Of a stretch of 64,000 nucleotides of DNA, positions 11,010 through 20,963 are shown in pieces; within the stretch, counting starts at the first letter, position 1; each line of letters opens with the position of its first letter. Source of the DNA: Candidatus Pacearchaeota archaeon (lineage in GTDB: Archaea; Nanobdellota; Nanobdellia; Pacearchaeales; GW2011-AR1); NCBI GenBank assembly GCA_002731115.1, contig PBZO01000001.1, forward strand, positions 75,096-139,095, read 5' to 3'. A program made the translations under genes and the position numbers. The notes below the pieces were generated by a model. That model searched no databases and had not been told where the DNA came from. It saw only the letters and a list, made by a program, of their open reading frames with translations.

Positions 11010-12530
11010 TTAATCTCCTTCTATCATCCTTATCATATCACTAAATGCAGGTCTTGTAATTAATACTCCTACTGAAATCCCAATAATAGTTGTTATTGCA
11101 AATCCCTTAAGTAAACCTGCCCCTGCCCATAATAAAGGAAGTAATGCAACTAGGGCTGTAAAATAAGCACCTAAAATAATTGTAAAAGCTCTTTTTAATC
11201 TTTGTTTTATACTTAAAAATTTACTTTGTTTAGATTCATCTAAGATAATAATCTGCTGGTCTATTCCAGTACCAATTGTTGCTAAAATTCCTGCAATACT
11301 GGGTAAATCAAGATTCCACTCAATAAAAGATGCTATACCTAAAATAACGATAACTTCCGAAATACTAGTAACTAATAATGCAAGTGAAGACTTAAATTTT
11401 TTATATCTAAAAAAGATAATAATTGATACTATTAATAATGCTGAGATACCGGCTAAAAAAATAGATTTTATAAATTCTTTTCCAAGTAATGGAGAAACTG
11501 TATCTAGTTTGACTATTTCTAGTTTATATGGAAGACTTCCCGTAATTAATATTGTCTGCAATTTATGCATTGAATCACTTGCATCATTATATGCTTGGTC
11601 TTGCGTTTCACCATATCCCGAACCTGAAATAGATATCTGAGTTTCTATTCTTCCTTTAAGCCCTTCTCCAATAAAAAGACTATCAACAAGTTTATCATCT
11701 AGATAAAGATCTAACTTTTCAGATAAATATTCGGGATTTGTTTCATTCAAATCTAATTTTCCTGTTACTTCTGAATGTCTTTTTGCAGCCTCTTCACTTA
11801 AAAAAATAGAGAATCTAAATCTACAAAAATATCCGTTGTCTGAAGGGTTACAAGTTTCAATAAATGCTTCTTGAGCACTTCTACTAACAGAGGCTATATC
11901 TCTTTCACCTCCAATAAATATTGTTTCATTTCCTATTTTTGCTTCAAACTTTCCTTGTTTAGAAAGTATTTCTTTCAAGTCTTTTGGAGTTGCCCCTGCA
12001 ATTTCAACTAACATAAAATGATTTCCCGTTAAATCTGAAACTGAAAGAACTTTTAAATCGGCAAGTCCAAATTCATTAAGCCGATTATTTGTTATATCAA
12101 CCAAATCATCTATTTCTTCAGTTGTTAGTTTTCTATCTTGTGCTTGAACTAATGCACGTGATCCTCCTGCCAAATCAAGTCCTGTTTTAATATTTGTTTT
12201 TGGGATCTCTGAAATAGTTATTTCTGGTGCATCTTTTGAGAATAAAATTGCCTCAGAATTTTTTGTATTAAATATTGTTTTTATACTTTTATTAGACAAA
12301 TATTTTCCTTGTACAGCTTTTGAAAAATCATCTAAATTATTTATTATTTTCCCATCAACTCCAATTATTATCTGTCCTTGTCTTAACCCTTCTTCAAATG
12401 CAGTTGAATTTGTTTCAACACTGGTAATTATTACTCCTTTTTGAGAAAAATGGGGAGGAAATCCGAAAATAGATAATAGAGAGAAAACTAAAATAATTAT
12501 TAATAAATAAATTTTCCAAGTTAGCTTCAT
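11010..12530 (-). CDS. secD: Protein translocase subunit SecD with inserted PDZ-like domain
   Basis: GLDLAGG, LDLPSIAG...IGTGIDQQII, LKGFAITT. Likely start ATG 12530 overlaps the secF stop. Confidence 0.9.
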   Translation of the reverse strand: MKLTWKIYLLIIILVFSLLSIFGFPPHFSQKGVIITSVETNSTAFEEGLRQGQIIIGVDGKIINNLDDFSKAVQGKYLSNKSIKTIFNTKNSEAILFSKDAPEITISEIPKTNIKTGLDLAGGSRALVQAQDRKLTTEEIDDLVDITNNRLNEFGLADLKVLSVSDLTGNHFMLVEIAGATPKDLKEILSKQGKFEAKIGNETIFIGGERDIASVSRSAQEAFIETCNPSDNGYFCRFRFSIFLSEEAAKRHSEVTGKLDLNETNPEYLSEKLDLYLDDKLVDSLFIGEGLKGRIETQISISGSGYGETQDQAYNDASDSMHKLQTILITGSLPYKLEIVKLDTVSPLLGKEFIKSIFLAGISALLIVSIIIFFRYKKFKSSLALLVTSISEVIVILGIASFIEWNLDLPSIAGILATIGTGIDQQIIILDESKQSKFLSIKQRLKRAFTIILGAYFTALVALLPLLWAGAGLLKGFAITTIIGISVGVLITRPAFSDMIRMIEGD

Positions 12531-13402
12531 TCTTTCTTCTCCACATACCATTTAAGTATTGAAACATTTGTAATCCATGTATTGAGGAGATCAAAACCTA
12601 GTCCAATAACAAGAACTGTAAAAATTTGAGTTAAAACAATTGAAAAAGATTTTACAACAAATAAAGCAAAAGCTATCGCAAGCAAGGAGGTTAAGGTCAT
12701 TGTCATTCCTGTTTTAAATGCACCATATATTCTCTCATTTAAACTTCCTTCATCTCTTTTTAAGATTCTTGTTGTAAGTAATATATCTGTGTCAACGGAA
12801 TAACCAATTAACATTAGAAATGCGACAATTCCTGCACTTGAAATTTTCATTCCTAAAATGTTTATCAATGTTAAAGTCATCAAAATATCTGCAAATGCTG
12901 CAATAATAACTGCTGCTGAAGGAATAAATATCCTAAAGATAAGAAACACAACAATTGCCATTAAAATAAATGCAAATAAAATCGCAATCAAAAGTTGTTT
13001 GTAAAAACTTTCACTTAAACTTGATCCGGTAAATTCAAAACTAGCATTTTCCCCATTTATTAATTCATATTCTAAAAATTCTTCAAGAACTTTTTTTGCT
13101 TCAACTTCATCTGATTTTGTTTCAATAATTAATGCAATTTGTTCTCTTGTTACTAAATCATAAACTTCTCTAATATTTACATCTTCAAGATTTTCCAAAA
13201 GAAATTCTTCTAAATTAAGTATATCTACTTTTTCATAAATTGTAACACTTGTTCCTCCTGTTAAAGATATATCTTTATAAGCAAAATCATTATTCTTTGA
13301 GTAAAATGCACTCATATAAAATATAGAGAAAATCAAGAGTATTAATGGAATTAACAATAACCATTTATAATACCTATCATGCCAGTTTTTTTGTTGTTCC
13401 AT
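12527..13402 (-). CDS. secF: Protein translocase subunit SecF
   Basis: DISLTGG, LMLIGYSVDTDILLT. Confidence 0.92.
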   Translation of the reverse strand: MEQQKNWHDRYYKWLLLIPLILLIFSIFYMSAFYSKNNDFAYKDISLTGGTSVTIYEKVDILNLEEFLLENLEDVNIREVYDLVTREQIALIIETKSDEVEAKKVLEEFLEYELINGENASFEFTGSSLSESFYKQLLIAILFAFILMAIVVFLIFRIFIPSAAVIIAAFADILMTLTLINILGMKISSAGIVAFLMLIGYSVDTDILLTTRILKRDEGSLNERIYGAFKTGMTMTLTSLLAIAFALFVVKSFSIVLTQIFTVLVIGLGFDLLNTWITNVSILKWYVEKKE

Positions 13403-13419
13403 TTTTTTTAAACATGAAA

Positions 13420-13490
13420 TGCGCGGACCGGGAATCGAACCCGGGTCAATTGGTTGGAAGCCAACTATTCTGCCTCTAAACTATCCACGC
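13420..13490 (-). tRNA. tRNA-Gly(TCC)
   Basis: Cloverleaf GCGTGGA...GTTGG CT TCC AA CCAAT...GGTTCGATTCC...TCCGCGC A. Confidence 0.93.
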
Positions 13491-13609
13491 TCCATTAATT
13501 TTAGATAATTTTGATACTTTTTTAAATGTTTGGAGTTTGAAGTTTTTATTTCTCCAAAAAATCTCTTAATAATTAGCCACTAGACTATCTTATCCTTATT
13601 TAATCAAAA

Positions 13610-13683
13610 CGCCCTTGATAGGATTTGAACCTACAATCTCATCCTTAGGAGGGATGCGTTCTATCCAATTGAACTACAAGGGC
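13610..13683 (-). tRNA. tRNA-Arg(CCT)
   Basis: GCCCTTG...CATCC CT CCT AA GGATG...GGTTCAAATCC...CAAGGGC G. Confidence 0.93.
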
Positions 13684-13716
13684 ATAATTTTTAAAGTGTC
13701 TTTTAGTTTAAAAAAG

Positions 13717-13989
13717 ATGTTACTTAAAGTATTGGGAATATTTGATATAGTTGCAGGGTTAATTTTAATACTAGATAAAAGTCTAGTCTTTTCAGATCAA
13801 ATATTAATAACCTTTGGAATAATCTTGCTTGCTAAATCCTCTTTAGGATTACTCAAAAATCTTGCCAGTTGGATTGACTTTCTGGCAGGGGTAATTCTTC
13901 TTTTATCAATAATTATCAATATTCCTATAGCAATAAATTTTATTTTAGGAGTTTTAATAATTCAAAAAGGAATATTTAGTTTATTATAA
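13717..13989 (+). CDS. Small membrane protein
   Basis: Hydrophobic 90-aa ORF. The longer TTG start at 13615 lies inside the antisense tRNA and is rejected. Confidence 0.7.
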   Translation: MLLKVLGIFDIVAGLILILDKSLVFSDQILITFGIILLAKSSLGLLKNLASWIDFLAGVILLLSIIINIPIAINFILGVLIIQKGIFSLL

Positions 13990-14073
13990 TGCAGGAGAGA
14001 GGATTCGAACCTCTGAACTCACTAAGAGACGAGATTTTGAGTCTCGCACGTTTGGCCACTTCGCTACTCCTGC
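13990..14073 (-). tRNA. tRNA-Leu(CAA)
   Basis: GCAGGAG...CGAGA CT CAA AA TCTCG, long variable arm, GGTTCGAATCC. Confidence 0.93.
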
Positions 14074-14120
14074 CTATAGATAGGATTAAGTTAAACTTTT
14101 TAAAATATATCTAATTAGAA

Positions 14121-14837
14121 TTATTTGCTAATTTTCTTAGAAACCTCTTTTAGATCTTTTCTTAATTCATCAATAGATTTCTTAAAGATTTCTTTTACAT
14201 CCAACTGTCCAAAAGATTCCAAAGTTATTACTAATTCGCCTGTTGGAATAAGTTTTATTGAATCTTTTCCTTTCTTATTACAAGCCTCAATGCAAGCTTC
14301 ACAATCATCACATTTAATACTATCTTCAACAACTATTTTTCCATTTTCTGATTTTAAGATATTTTGTGTACAAGCATCAATAACTTCTTTTGGACAATCT
14401 TTATCTATTTTTAATTCTATAAGATTTCTATAAAACATTAATCCTGGGGAAAATTTTGAATGTTCACTTCCTTTTCCCAGTTTAGTTGTTGCAGTAAATT
14501 CTAATTCAGAGTTCTTATTTAAGAAAGTTATTGGAATATTTTCATAAGCAATTTTTGCTTTACCTTTTAATTCTTCTGAAAAAACAATTCCTTCTTTTTT
14601 AGAAGATAATTTAAGTTTAATTGGTTTTTTATCTAATTTATCCATTTTTAATGGAATAAGGCCTATTCTATGGGCTATTGTTTCATCATATAAAGGAGAA
14701 TCGTTTTTAGAAATTTCTAATTCATCTATTGCCAGAATTGGTATTTGATTTAAATATCTTCTTATAGCGTTTGCCAAAGTTTCCTCTATTTTTGTGCTAA
14801 ATACAATCTGATTTGGTTTTTTTTCTATTATTTTCAT
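14121..14837 (-). CDS. rpoD: DNA-directed RNA polymerase subunit D (Rpo3)
   Basis: LANAIRR, NDSPLYDETIAHRIGLIP, ferredoxin-like Cys cluster; follows S11. Confidence 0.95.
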   Translation of the reverse strand: MKIIEKKPNQIVFSTKIEETLANAIRRYLNQIPILAIDELEISKNDSPLYDETIAHRIGLIPLKMDKLDKKPIKLKLSSKKEGIVFSEELKGKAKIAYENIPITFLNKNSELEFTATTKLGKGSEHSKFSPGLMFYRNLIELKIDKDCPKEVIDACTQNILKSENGKIVVEDSIKCDDCEACIEACNKKGKDSIKLIPTGELVITLESFGQLDVKEIFKKSIDELRKDLKEVSKKISK

Positions 14838-14843
14838 TTTATT

Positions 14844-15275
14844 TTAAGGACGTCTCCCTCTCCTTCCGCCTTTTTTCTTAGGCCCTCCTCTTGGATTTCT
14901 TGTAGTATCTAAAATATTTAGTATTTTAAACCCTTCTCTTGATAAATTCTTTACTATTGCATGTGCACCTGGACCTGGAGCAGGATTCCTTGTTTTTGTT
15001 CTTATTCTAACATATAATGATTTAACACCTAATTCTTTTATCTGTTCAGATATTCTTTTGGCAATAAACATTCCAATTGTAGGATTAGCCTTAAGTCTAT
15101 CATGTTTTGTAACCATCCCTCCTGTAACTTTTGCAAGTGTTTTTCCAGACATATCTGTTACATGAACAAGGGTATTATTAAAAGAAGTATAAATATTAAT
15201 AATTGCTTCTATATCTTTAGAGGGTTTTTTTTGGATATTTGTTAATTTTTCTTTAGTTTCTACTTCTTGTTTCAT
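14844..15275 (-). CDS. rps11: 30S ribosomal protein S11
   Basis: SFNNTLVHVTD, PGPGA, KGGRRGRR. Confidence 0.95.
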   Translation of the reverse strand: MKQEVETKEKLTNIQKKPSKDIEAIINIYTSFNNTLVHVTDMSGKTLAKVTGGMVTKHDRLKANPTIGMFIAKRISEQIKELGVKSLYVRIRTKTRNPAPGPGAHAIVKNLSREGFKILNILDTTRNPRGGPKKKGGRRGRRP

Positions 15276-15787
15276 TTTTTAGTTTCCTCCTTATTATCTT
15301 CTCCATTTTTAATCTCTTGCTTTTTTTCTAATTTTTTCTTTTCTTTCTTTTTTAAAAAAATTTTTCCTTCTAATTCTGTGGGAACAATATATGAAGGACT
15401 ATTAACAATATTTCCATTAACTAGGACTTTTTTATGAGTTATTAATTGTCTTGCGCTTTTTGGAGTTGTTACAATCTTTTTTGTTACAAGAATTGTCTGC
15501 AATCTTCTTTTTAAATAATCTTGTTTTTCTAAAGATAAAACATCTGCAATTGAGTTTACATTTAATCCTATTTTTTTAAGTCTATTAAAGAATGCCTTTT
15601 GTTCTTCTGGATTTGCAGAGATTAGTCTTTTAGCTTTCTCTCTTATTGATTTAATCTTGGCTTCTGATTTCCAAATTTCCTTTTTATTCTTTAATCCAAA
15701 TTCTTCTTTTATTTTCCCTTCTTCAACAAGTCTTTCTTTATCGAAGGGTCTTTTTGGTTTAGAATATGATTTATGTTTTCTTTTCAT
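15272..15787 (-). CDS. rps4: 30S ribosomal protein S4
   Basis: FGLKNKKEIW, RRLQTI, ARQLITH, PSYIV. Confidence 0.95.
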   Translation of the reverse strand: MKRKHKSYSKPKRPFDKERLVEEGKIKEEFGLKNKKEIWKSEAKIKSIREKAKRLISANPEEQKAFFNRLKKIGLNVNSIADVLSLEKQDYLKRRLQTILVTKKIVTTPKSARQLITHKKVLVNGNIVNSPSYIVPTELEGKIFLKKKEKKKLEKKQEIKNGEDNKEETKK

Positions 15788-16257
15788 TATTTCTTCCCCT
15801 TCTTTTTAATTCCAGTACTTTTACGCCTATTTTTTCTAAAATTACTTCTTGTTCTTTGTCCTCTTACAGGTAAGCCCGACATATGCCGATAACCCTTATA
15901 ATTCTTAATTTTTTTCAGTCTTTTAATATCAAATTCTGTCCGTAAATCTAAATCACTTCCAACTAAATGTTTATCTTCTCCTGTTTCAAAATCAGTCCTT
16001 CTATTAATTAGATATTTTGGAACTTTTGGATTTTTTATGAATTCTGATATTGTTTTAATTTCTTCATCTGTTAAGGACCCTATCTTCCTATTTTTATCAA
16101 TTTTTAATATTTTGCAAACAGCATTAGATAAACTCCAAGAAACTCCTTTTATATTTGTTAATCCTGGATAAATTTTCATTTTGCCTTCTATATCTTTTGA
16201 TAAAATTCTAATTATTCTTTCTTCATATTTTCTTTCTGTTTGTGTTTTTTGTTCCAT
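15787..16257 (-). CDS. rps13: 30S ribosomal protein S13
   Basis: YKGYRHMSGLPVRGQRTRSN. Confidence 0.96.
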   Translation of the reverse strand: MEQKTQTERKYEERIIRILSKDIEGKMKIYPGLTNIKGVSWSLSNAVCKILKIDKNRKIGSLTDEEIKTISEFIKNPKVPKYLINRRTDFETGEDKHLVGSDLDLRTEFDIKRLKKIKNYKGYRHMSGLPVRGQRTRSNFRKNRRKSTGIKKKGKK

Positions 16258-16258
16258 T

Positions 16259-16795
16259 TTATTGTGTAAATAAATTATATCTTTCCATATTTGTTAATTC
16301 CTGTATTATTCTTTTTTCAACTGCTTTTTCCGGATGGGGAAGATTTGATATTCTTTTACTTATATCTTCAAAAGATTTAAATTCTTTTTGTTCTCTCTGT
16401 TCTAAGATTTCATGCATATATTTCTTACCCAAACCCGGAAGCAATTCTAATTGATGAAGTCTTTTATTTATTGCATCTGCTTTATTAAAAAATTCAACAA
16501 ATTCTTTTTCTCTTTCTTTCACTATCTTATTAATAAAGGTTTCTAATTGTTCTTTTGCAGCTTCTGTTAATTTTTCCTTAGGAAGTCTTCCAAGAATATA
16601 GTATATTTTATCTCTTTTACCTTCTCCAATATAAACCTTTTCTCCAACTTCAAGAGATTCTCCTTTTCTAGGAACTAATTCTAAAAGAGTTAATTTTATT
16701 TCTCCAATTGCCTGAGCAATGGGCATCATCTTCCCTTCTAAAGGATATCCATTTGGTAAATATTCTAAGATTATTGCATGTTCTTCTTTTTCCAT
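16259..16795 (-). CDS. DUF655 family putative nucleic-acid-binding protein
   Basis: AQAIGE..LTLLEL, RLHQLELLPGLGKK; conserved position after rpoF. Confidence 0.88.
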   Translation of the reverse strand: MEKEEHAIILEYLPNGYPLEGKMMPIAQAIGEIKLTLLELVPRKGESLEVGEKVYIGEGKRDKIYYILGRLPKEKLTEAAKEQLETFINKIVKEREKEFVEFFNKADAINKRLHQLELLPGLGKKYMHEILEQREQKEFKSFEDISKRISNLPHPEKAVEKRIIQELTNMERYNLFTQ

Positions 16796-16800
16796 TTTTC

Positions 16801-17097
16801 TTATTTGAATTCTTTAACTGTTTCAAGTATTTTTTTTGTTTCATCCTCATTTAAACTAACCCCTACAAAAATTTTATTTAAATCTTCTGCATTTTCCGGG
16901 AAAATATCAATTATCTTAGCTATATGTTCTTCTTTTAATTTCATCAAATCAAGTTTATTGAGTTTATTTTTTAATTCACTTGCGTCTTTTGGATTTAATT
17001 TTACAAATTTTTTTATAAACCCTGTTGCGCCTGTTTCGCCTTTCTTTATATATTCAAGACTTTCAGCCATACTTATTGGTTGCATATCTTTTATCAT
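16801..17097 (-). CDS. rpoF: DNA-directed RNA polymerase subunit F (Rpo4)
   Basis: KIIDIFP motif; L21e-RpoF-DUF655 synteny. Confidence 0.85.
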   Translation of the reverse strand: MIKDMQPISMAESLEYIKKGETGATGFIKKFVKLNPKDASELKNKLNKLDLMKLKEEHIAKIIDIFPENAEDLNKIFVGVSLNEDETKKILETVKEFK

Positions 17098-17098
17098 C

Positions 17099-17356
17099 TT
17101 ATTTAGTCTGTTTTATTTTTTTTAAATGTATTGGCTCAATTAAAAACCTTTTTTCTTTATTTTTATCATTAATTTTTATAATATATGCTTTTCCCCTTTT
17201 AGATTCTATTACTCCTGTTTTTCCTTGAAGTCTCTTTGGAAAACTTGCTTGAACTGCTAATTCTCTAACAACTGCCACATTAGCTCCTTTCACAAATTCT
17301 TGAAAGTACTTACTAAGCTGCAATTTTCCCTTTGTTCTTACTTGTTTTTTCTTCAT
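17099..17356 (-). CDS. rpl21e: 50S ribosomal protein L21e
   Basis: FPKRLQGKTG...RGKAY...PIHLK. Confidence 0.93.
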   Translation of the reverse strand: MKKKQVRTKGKLQLSKYFQEFVKGANVAVVRELAVQASFPKRLQGKTGVIESKRGKAYIIKINDKNKEKRFLIEPIHLKKIKQTK

Positions 17357-17397
17357 AAATAAACCAGAAATAAGCTATTTAAAAAACTTCTCTTTAG

Positions 17398-17562
17398 CTA
17401 ATTTGTATGGCATAAATCTCCCTTTTCTTTTGCATCTTCCATGTTTTTCACAATTGTATCAAACATTTTTTCTCCCCAGGCCCCTTTCCCGCATTTATTA
17501 CAGACATCAATAACACTTTCTTCAGGAACATCTATCCTGCAGTAAATACACTTTTTAATCAT
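17398..17562 (-). CDS. Small CxxC...CxxC zinc-finger protein (54 aa, not in ORF track)
   Basis: MIKKCIYCRIDVPEESVIDVCNKCGKGAWGEKMFDTIVKNMEDAKEKGDLCHTN*; GAGG upstream. Confidence 0.75.
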   Translation of the reverse strand: MIKKCIYCRIDVPEESVIDVCNKCGKGAWGEKMFDTIVKNMEDAKEKGDLCHTN

Positions 17563-17649
17563 TTTTTCCTCTTTTTTATTTGAAAAGAAAAATAGTTTTT
17601 AAAAGTTTGGATAATTTATTCATCTCTTAGGAAAATTTATAAAGAATTA

Positions 17650-18528
17650 ATGTTCATTAATATAATGTATAAGAAAGAAATTAAGATTATATTAAATCTT
17701 TTTATAATTATATTATTTGCAAATATATCTTTTTTATCTGCTTCTTGTGATTTAGATGCAACAATGATAAATCAAGACCCTTACCCTGCAGTACCTGGAG
17801 ATTATGTAAGATTAATCTTTCAAGTAACAGGAGTTGAAAATCCTGATTGTGGTTATGTTTCTTTTGAATTGCTCCCCGAATATCCCATATCATTTGATCC
17901 AAATACTAGTTCTAAGGTTGTAGTAGAAAGTGGGACTTTTGTTAAGAATTATACTTCATCCCTAATTGTCCCTTATAAAGTTAGAGTTGATACAGATGCC
18001 TTAGATGGGGACAATCCATTAACAGTTAAATTTAGTTCAGGAATAATTGAAGCAGATTTTTTCAAATTAAAACAATTTAATCTTTATGCAGAAGATGTTA
18101 AAGCAGATTTTGAAATCCATATAAAAGATTATGATGCAACTACAAACATTATCATATTTGAAATATTGAATATAGGAAGTAGTGATATTGAAGCACTTAC
18201 AGTAGAAATTCCAAAACAAGAAAATCTAATAGCTAAAGTATCTAATCGGAATATTGTAGGAGGATTAGACTCAAATGATTTTACAACTGCCGAATTTGAA
18301 GCTATTCCAAAAAAGGGAGATATAAATTTAATTTTGCACTATACAGATATAATAAATGAAAGAAGAATAACAAATGAAACAGTTTCCTTTGATCCAACAT
18401 TCTTTGAAGAAAGAAAAAATGATAAAGATGATAAATCTACCTTAACCTATGTTATTATCTTTTTAGTTGTTGTTTTTATTATATATTTAATTTATAAATT
18501 ATTTAAGAAGAAAAAAAGACGTTTTTAA
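17650..18528 (+). CDS. Secreted, C-terminally anchored S-layer-like (COG1361-type) protein
   Basis: Signal peptide, QDPYPAVPGDYV motif, C-terminal TM plus basic tail; next to an ABC exporter. Confidence 0.7.
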   Translation: MFINIMYKKEIKIILNLFIIILFANISFLSASCDLDATMINQDPYPAVPGDYVRLIFQVTGVENPDCGYVSFELLPEYPISFDPNTSSKVVVESGTFVKNYTSSLIVPYKVRVDTDALDGDNPLTVKFSSGIIEADFFKLKQFNLYAEDVKADFEIHIKDYDATTNIIIFEILNIGSSDIEALTVEIPKQENLIAKVSNRNIVGGLDSNDFTTAEFEAIPKKGDINLILHYTDIINERRITNETVSFDPTFFEERKNDKDDKSTLTYVIIFLVVVFIIYLIYKLFKKKKRRF

Positions 18529-19740
18529 TTATTCATATCTTAAGGCATCTACTACATTAGTTTTTGAAGCTTTCCAGGCCGGGATTGCTCCCGAAATTGC
18601 ACCCGTAAATGTTGCAAATAATATACATCCTACAAAAAGAACCCAATGATAATGCGGGCTTAAAAAACCCCACCCCAAATTTTCTAAAATTCTACCTGCT
18701 AACAAGGTTACCCCATATCCTACTATTATCCCTATTACTCCTGATATGAATCCCAAAAATGATGATTCAAATAAGAATATTTTTAGTATTTCGGAGTTTT
18801 TAGCACCAATGGATTTTATTATTCCTATTTCCTTTATTCTTTCTATTACTGATGTTATCATTGTGTTTGCAGTATTTACTGCCGAAACTATAACTGAGAT
18901 CAAGGCAATCAATATAACAAACCCAATTATTATATTTAATGCTTCTGAAAAAGTTTCAATCATTTCTTCGAATGATTGTACAAAAAAATCTTCTTGCCCT
19001 TTTTCTTGATCTTTATTTTTTCTAAGAGCTTTTTCAATATCTTCTACCACTTTATCTATTTTTTCAACTTCTACTTCTGCTATTACCCACCCATATCCCC
19101 CCTCTCTTTCAGGATACAATTCATCAAAAAATTCTTGAGAAACATAAATATTTGAGTCATCTTGGGGATTTCCTACAGCCTCCATAAAACCTACTACTTT
19201 TACTTTTTCATCATTTAAATCAAAATTATCATTTACCTCTAACCCTTTAGGAAAAATCTTGTCATCTAATTGAAAATTATAGCCTAGAATTACTTTTCCT
19301 TTATCTTTATTTCCTAATTCCTTGCCTTTTAACAAACCTATATTGGATATATCCCACATTAAAGGTTTTTTTGGATCATAACTCATTATAAAAACATACC
19401 TCTTAAAAGTTTTATACTGTATCTCTGCAATATCAAAAGAAGAACCAGTTACATCATATACTCCGGCTACTTTTTTTACAGCACGCAAATCACTTTCTGT
19501 TAAAGCGAAAGTATCATCAAGTCCTGGTGCTCCAACTCCTTTTGGTTGAATAATCACTTTGTTAATTGAACTTACTGTTGTAAATTCATCCACATAATCG
19601 TATAATCCCCATCCAAAACTTACAAAAATAAATATTGCTGAAATGCCAACAAAAATAGAAAGTATTGTTAACAAACTTCTTGATCTACTCATCTTAAGAT
19701 TTCTTAGAGAATATTTTATACTTTCTTTACTTATTACCAT
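18529..19740 (-). CDS. ABC transporter permease (MacB/FtsX family)
   Basis: RSLLTILSI, NTMITSVIERIKEIGIIKSIGA, PAWKAS...ALRYE. Confidence 0.92.
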   Translation of the reverse strand: MVISKESIKYSLRNLKMSRSRSLLTILSIFVGISAIFIFVSFGWGLYDYVDEFTTVSSINKVIIQPKGVGAPGLDDTFALTESDLRAVKKVAGVYDVTGSSFDIAEIQYKTFKRYVFIMSYDPKKPLMWDISNIGLLKGKELGNKDKGKVILGYNFQLDDKIFPKGLEVNDNFDLNDEKVKVVGFMEAVGNPQDDSNIYVSQEFFDELYPEREGGYGWVIAEVEVEKIDKVVEDIEKALRKNKDQEKGQEDFFVQSFEEMIETFSEALNIIIGFVILIALISVIVSAVNTANTMITSVIERIKEIGIIKSIGAKNSEILKIFLFESSFLGFISGVIGIIVGYGVTLLAGRILENLGWGFLSPHYHWVLFVGCILFATFTGAISGAIPAWKASKTNVVDALRYE

Positions 19741-19741
19741 C

Positions 19742-20962
19742 TTAACTTCTTAATGCCTCCACAGGATTTTCTTTTGCAGCATTTAATGCGGGAACTATTC
19801 CTGCAATTGCTCCAACCATAAAACTTCCTATTAATGAGGAAGTTATTAGTATCCAATTTATCTCAGATACTGTTTCTGCTCCGATAAAATTGTTAAGCGC
19901 CACAATTCCTACAAACCCAATTAATATTCCTAAAATTACTCCTATTAATCCTCCAACTAATCCGAGTAATCCCGATTCAACAAAAAATTGTAGAAATATT
20001 TGTCCATTAGTTGCTCCAATAGATTTCATAATTCCTATTTCTTTTTTTCTTTCCATTACAGAAGTACTCATTGTGTTTGCAATTCCAATAGCTCCAATAA
20101 TTATTGATAAAGAAGCAATTATAACAATAAATGCTCTTACTCCTCCAAGAACACTATTGACTGTTTCAAGAGAGGCCTCTGGAGTTGAAACTTCAAAATC
20201 CTCTTCTCCCACCTTAACATCACGAGTTTTTCTAAGAATTTTTTCTATCTCTTCTTTTGTCTTATTCATTGATTCTTTATCTTTTACTTGAACTGCAATT
20301 ACATCTACTTCATCTCCATAATCAAATAATTCTTTTAATGGTTCTTCATTAACATATGCAATATTATCAAAAATGAAACTTCCTCGTTTCTTTGTTATTC
20401 CTATAACTTCAAATCTCTTGTCATGCAGAAGAATTTTATCTCCAGGTTTTATTGATTTTTCTAAGCCAACCTTATCAGCATAAAAATTATATCCCAAGAC
20501 TACCTTATTATTATCTCCATCTTTTAGTAGTCTACCAACTAATGCTTCTCCCAAGTTTAATACTTCATAAACAAATTTTCTGTCTTCTCCATCAGGAATA
20601 TTTATGGCAATCCCAAAAACTACAATATCATTAAATTCTAATTTCGCCAGAGGAAGATTTCTTCTTATTGCTCTTTTTACAGAAGAAATTTTCTCTATTT
20701 CTTTCATATCTTCCATTGTTAAGGGGTTCACATCTCCAGATCCTGGTGGCCCTGCAAGACCAATTCCTCCTGCTTGAACAGAAATAATCTCTGTTGAACT
20801 AATACCGAATTGAGAATTCACTGCCATTTGCAACCCATTTCCAAGAGAAATTAATGCTACAACAGAAGTTATTCCGATAAATATCCCTACTAATGTTAGC
20901 CAAGATCTAACTCCTCTGTGTTTTAGATTTTCAAATGCTAGGAAAACATAATCTTCCTTCAT
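19742..20962 (-). CDS. ABC transporter permease (MacB/FtsX family)
   Basis: RSWLTLVGI, NTMSTSVMERKKEIGIMKSIGA, PVEALR. Confidence 0.92.
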   Translation of the reverse strand: MKEDYVFLAFENLKHRGVRSWLTLVGIFIGITSVVALISLGNGLQMAVNSQFGISSTEIISVQAGGIGLAGPPGSGDVNPLTMEDMKEIEKISSVKRAIRRNLPLAKLEFNDIVVFGIAINIPDGEDRKFVYEVLNLGEALVGRLLKDGDNNKVVLGYNFYADKVGLEKSIKPGDKILLHDKRFEVIGITKKRGSFIFDNIAYVNEEPLKELFDYGDEVDVIAVQVKDKESMNKTKEEIEKILRKTRDVKVGEEDFEVSTPEASLETVNSVLGGVRAFIVIIASLSIIIGAIGIANTMSTSVMERKKEIGIMKSIGATNGQIFLQFFVESGLLGLVGGLIGVILGILIGFVGIVALNNFIGAETVSEINWILITSSLIGSFMVGAIAGIVPALNAAKENPVEALRS

Positions 20963-20963
20963 A

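Noticed and set aside
13615-13716. N-terminal extension MIGFEPTISSLGG of the 13615 ORF
   Set aside because: It is the antisense translation of tRNA-Arg; the real start is probably 13717.
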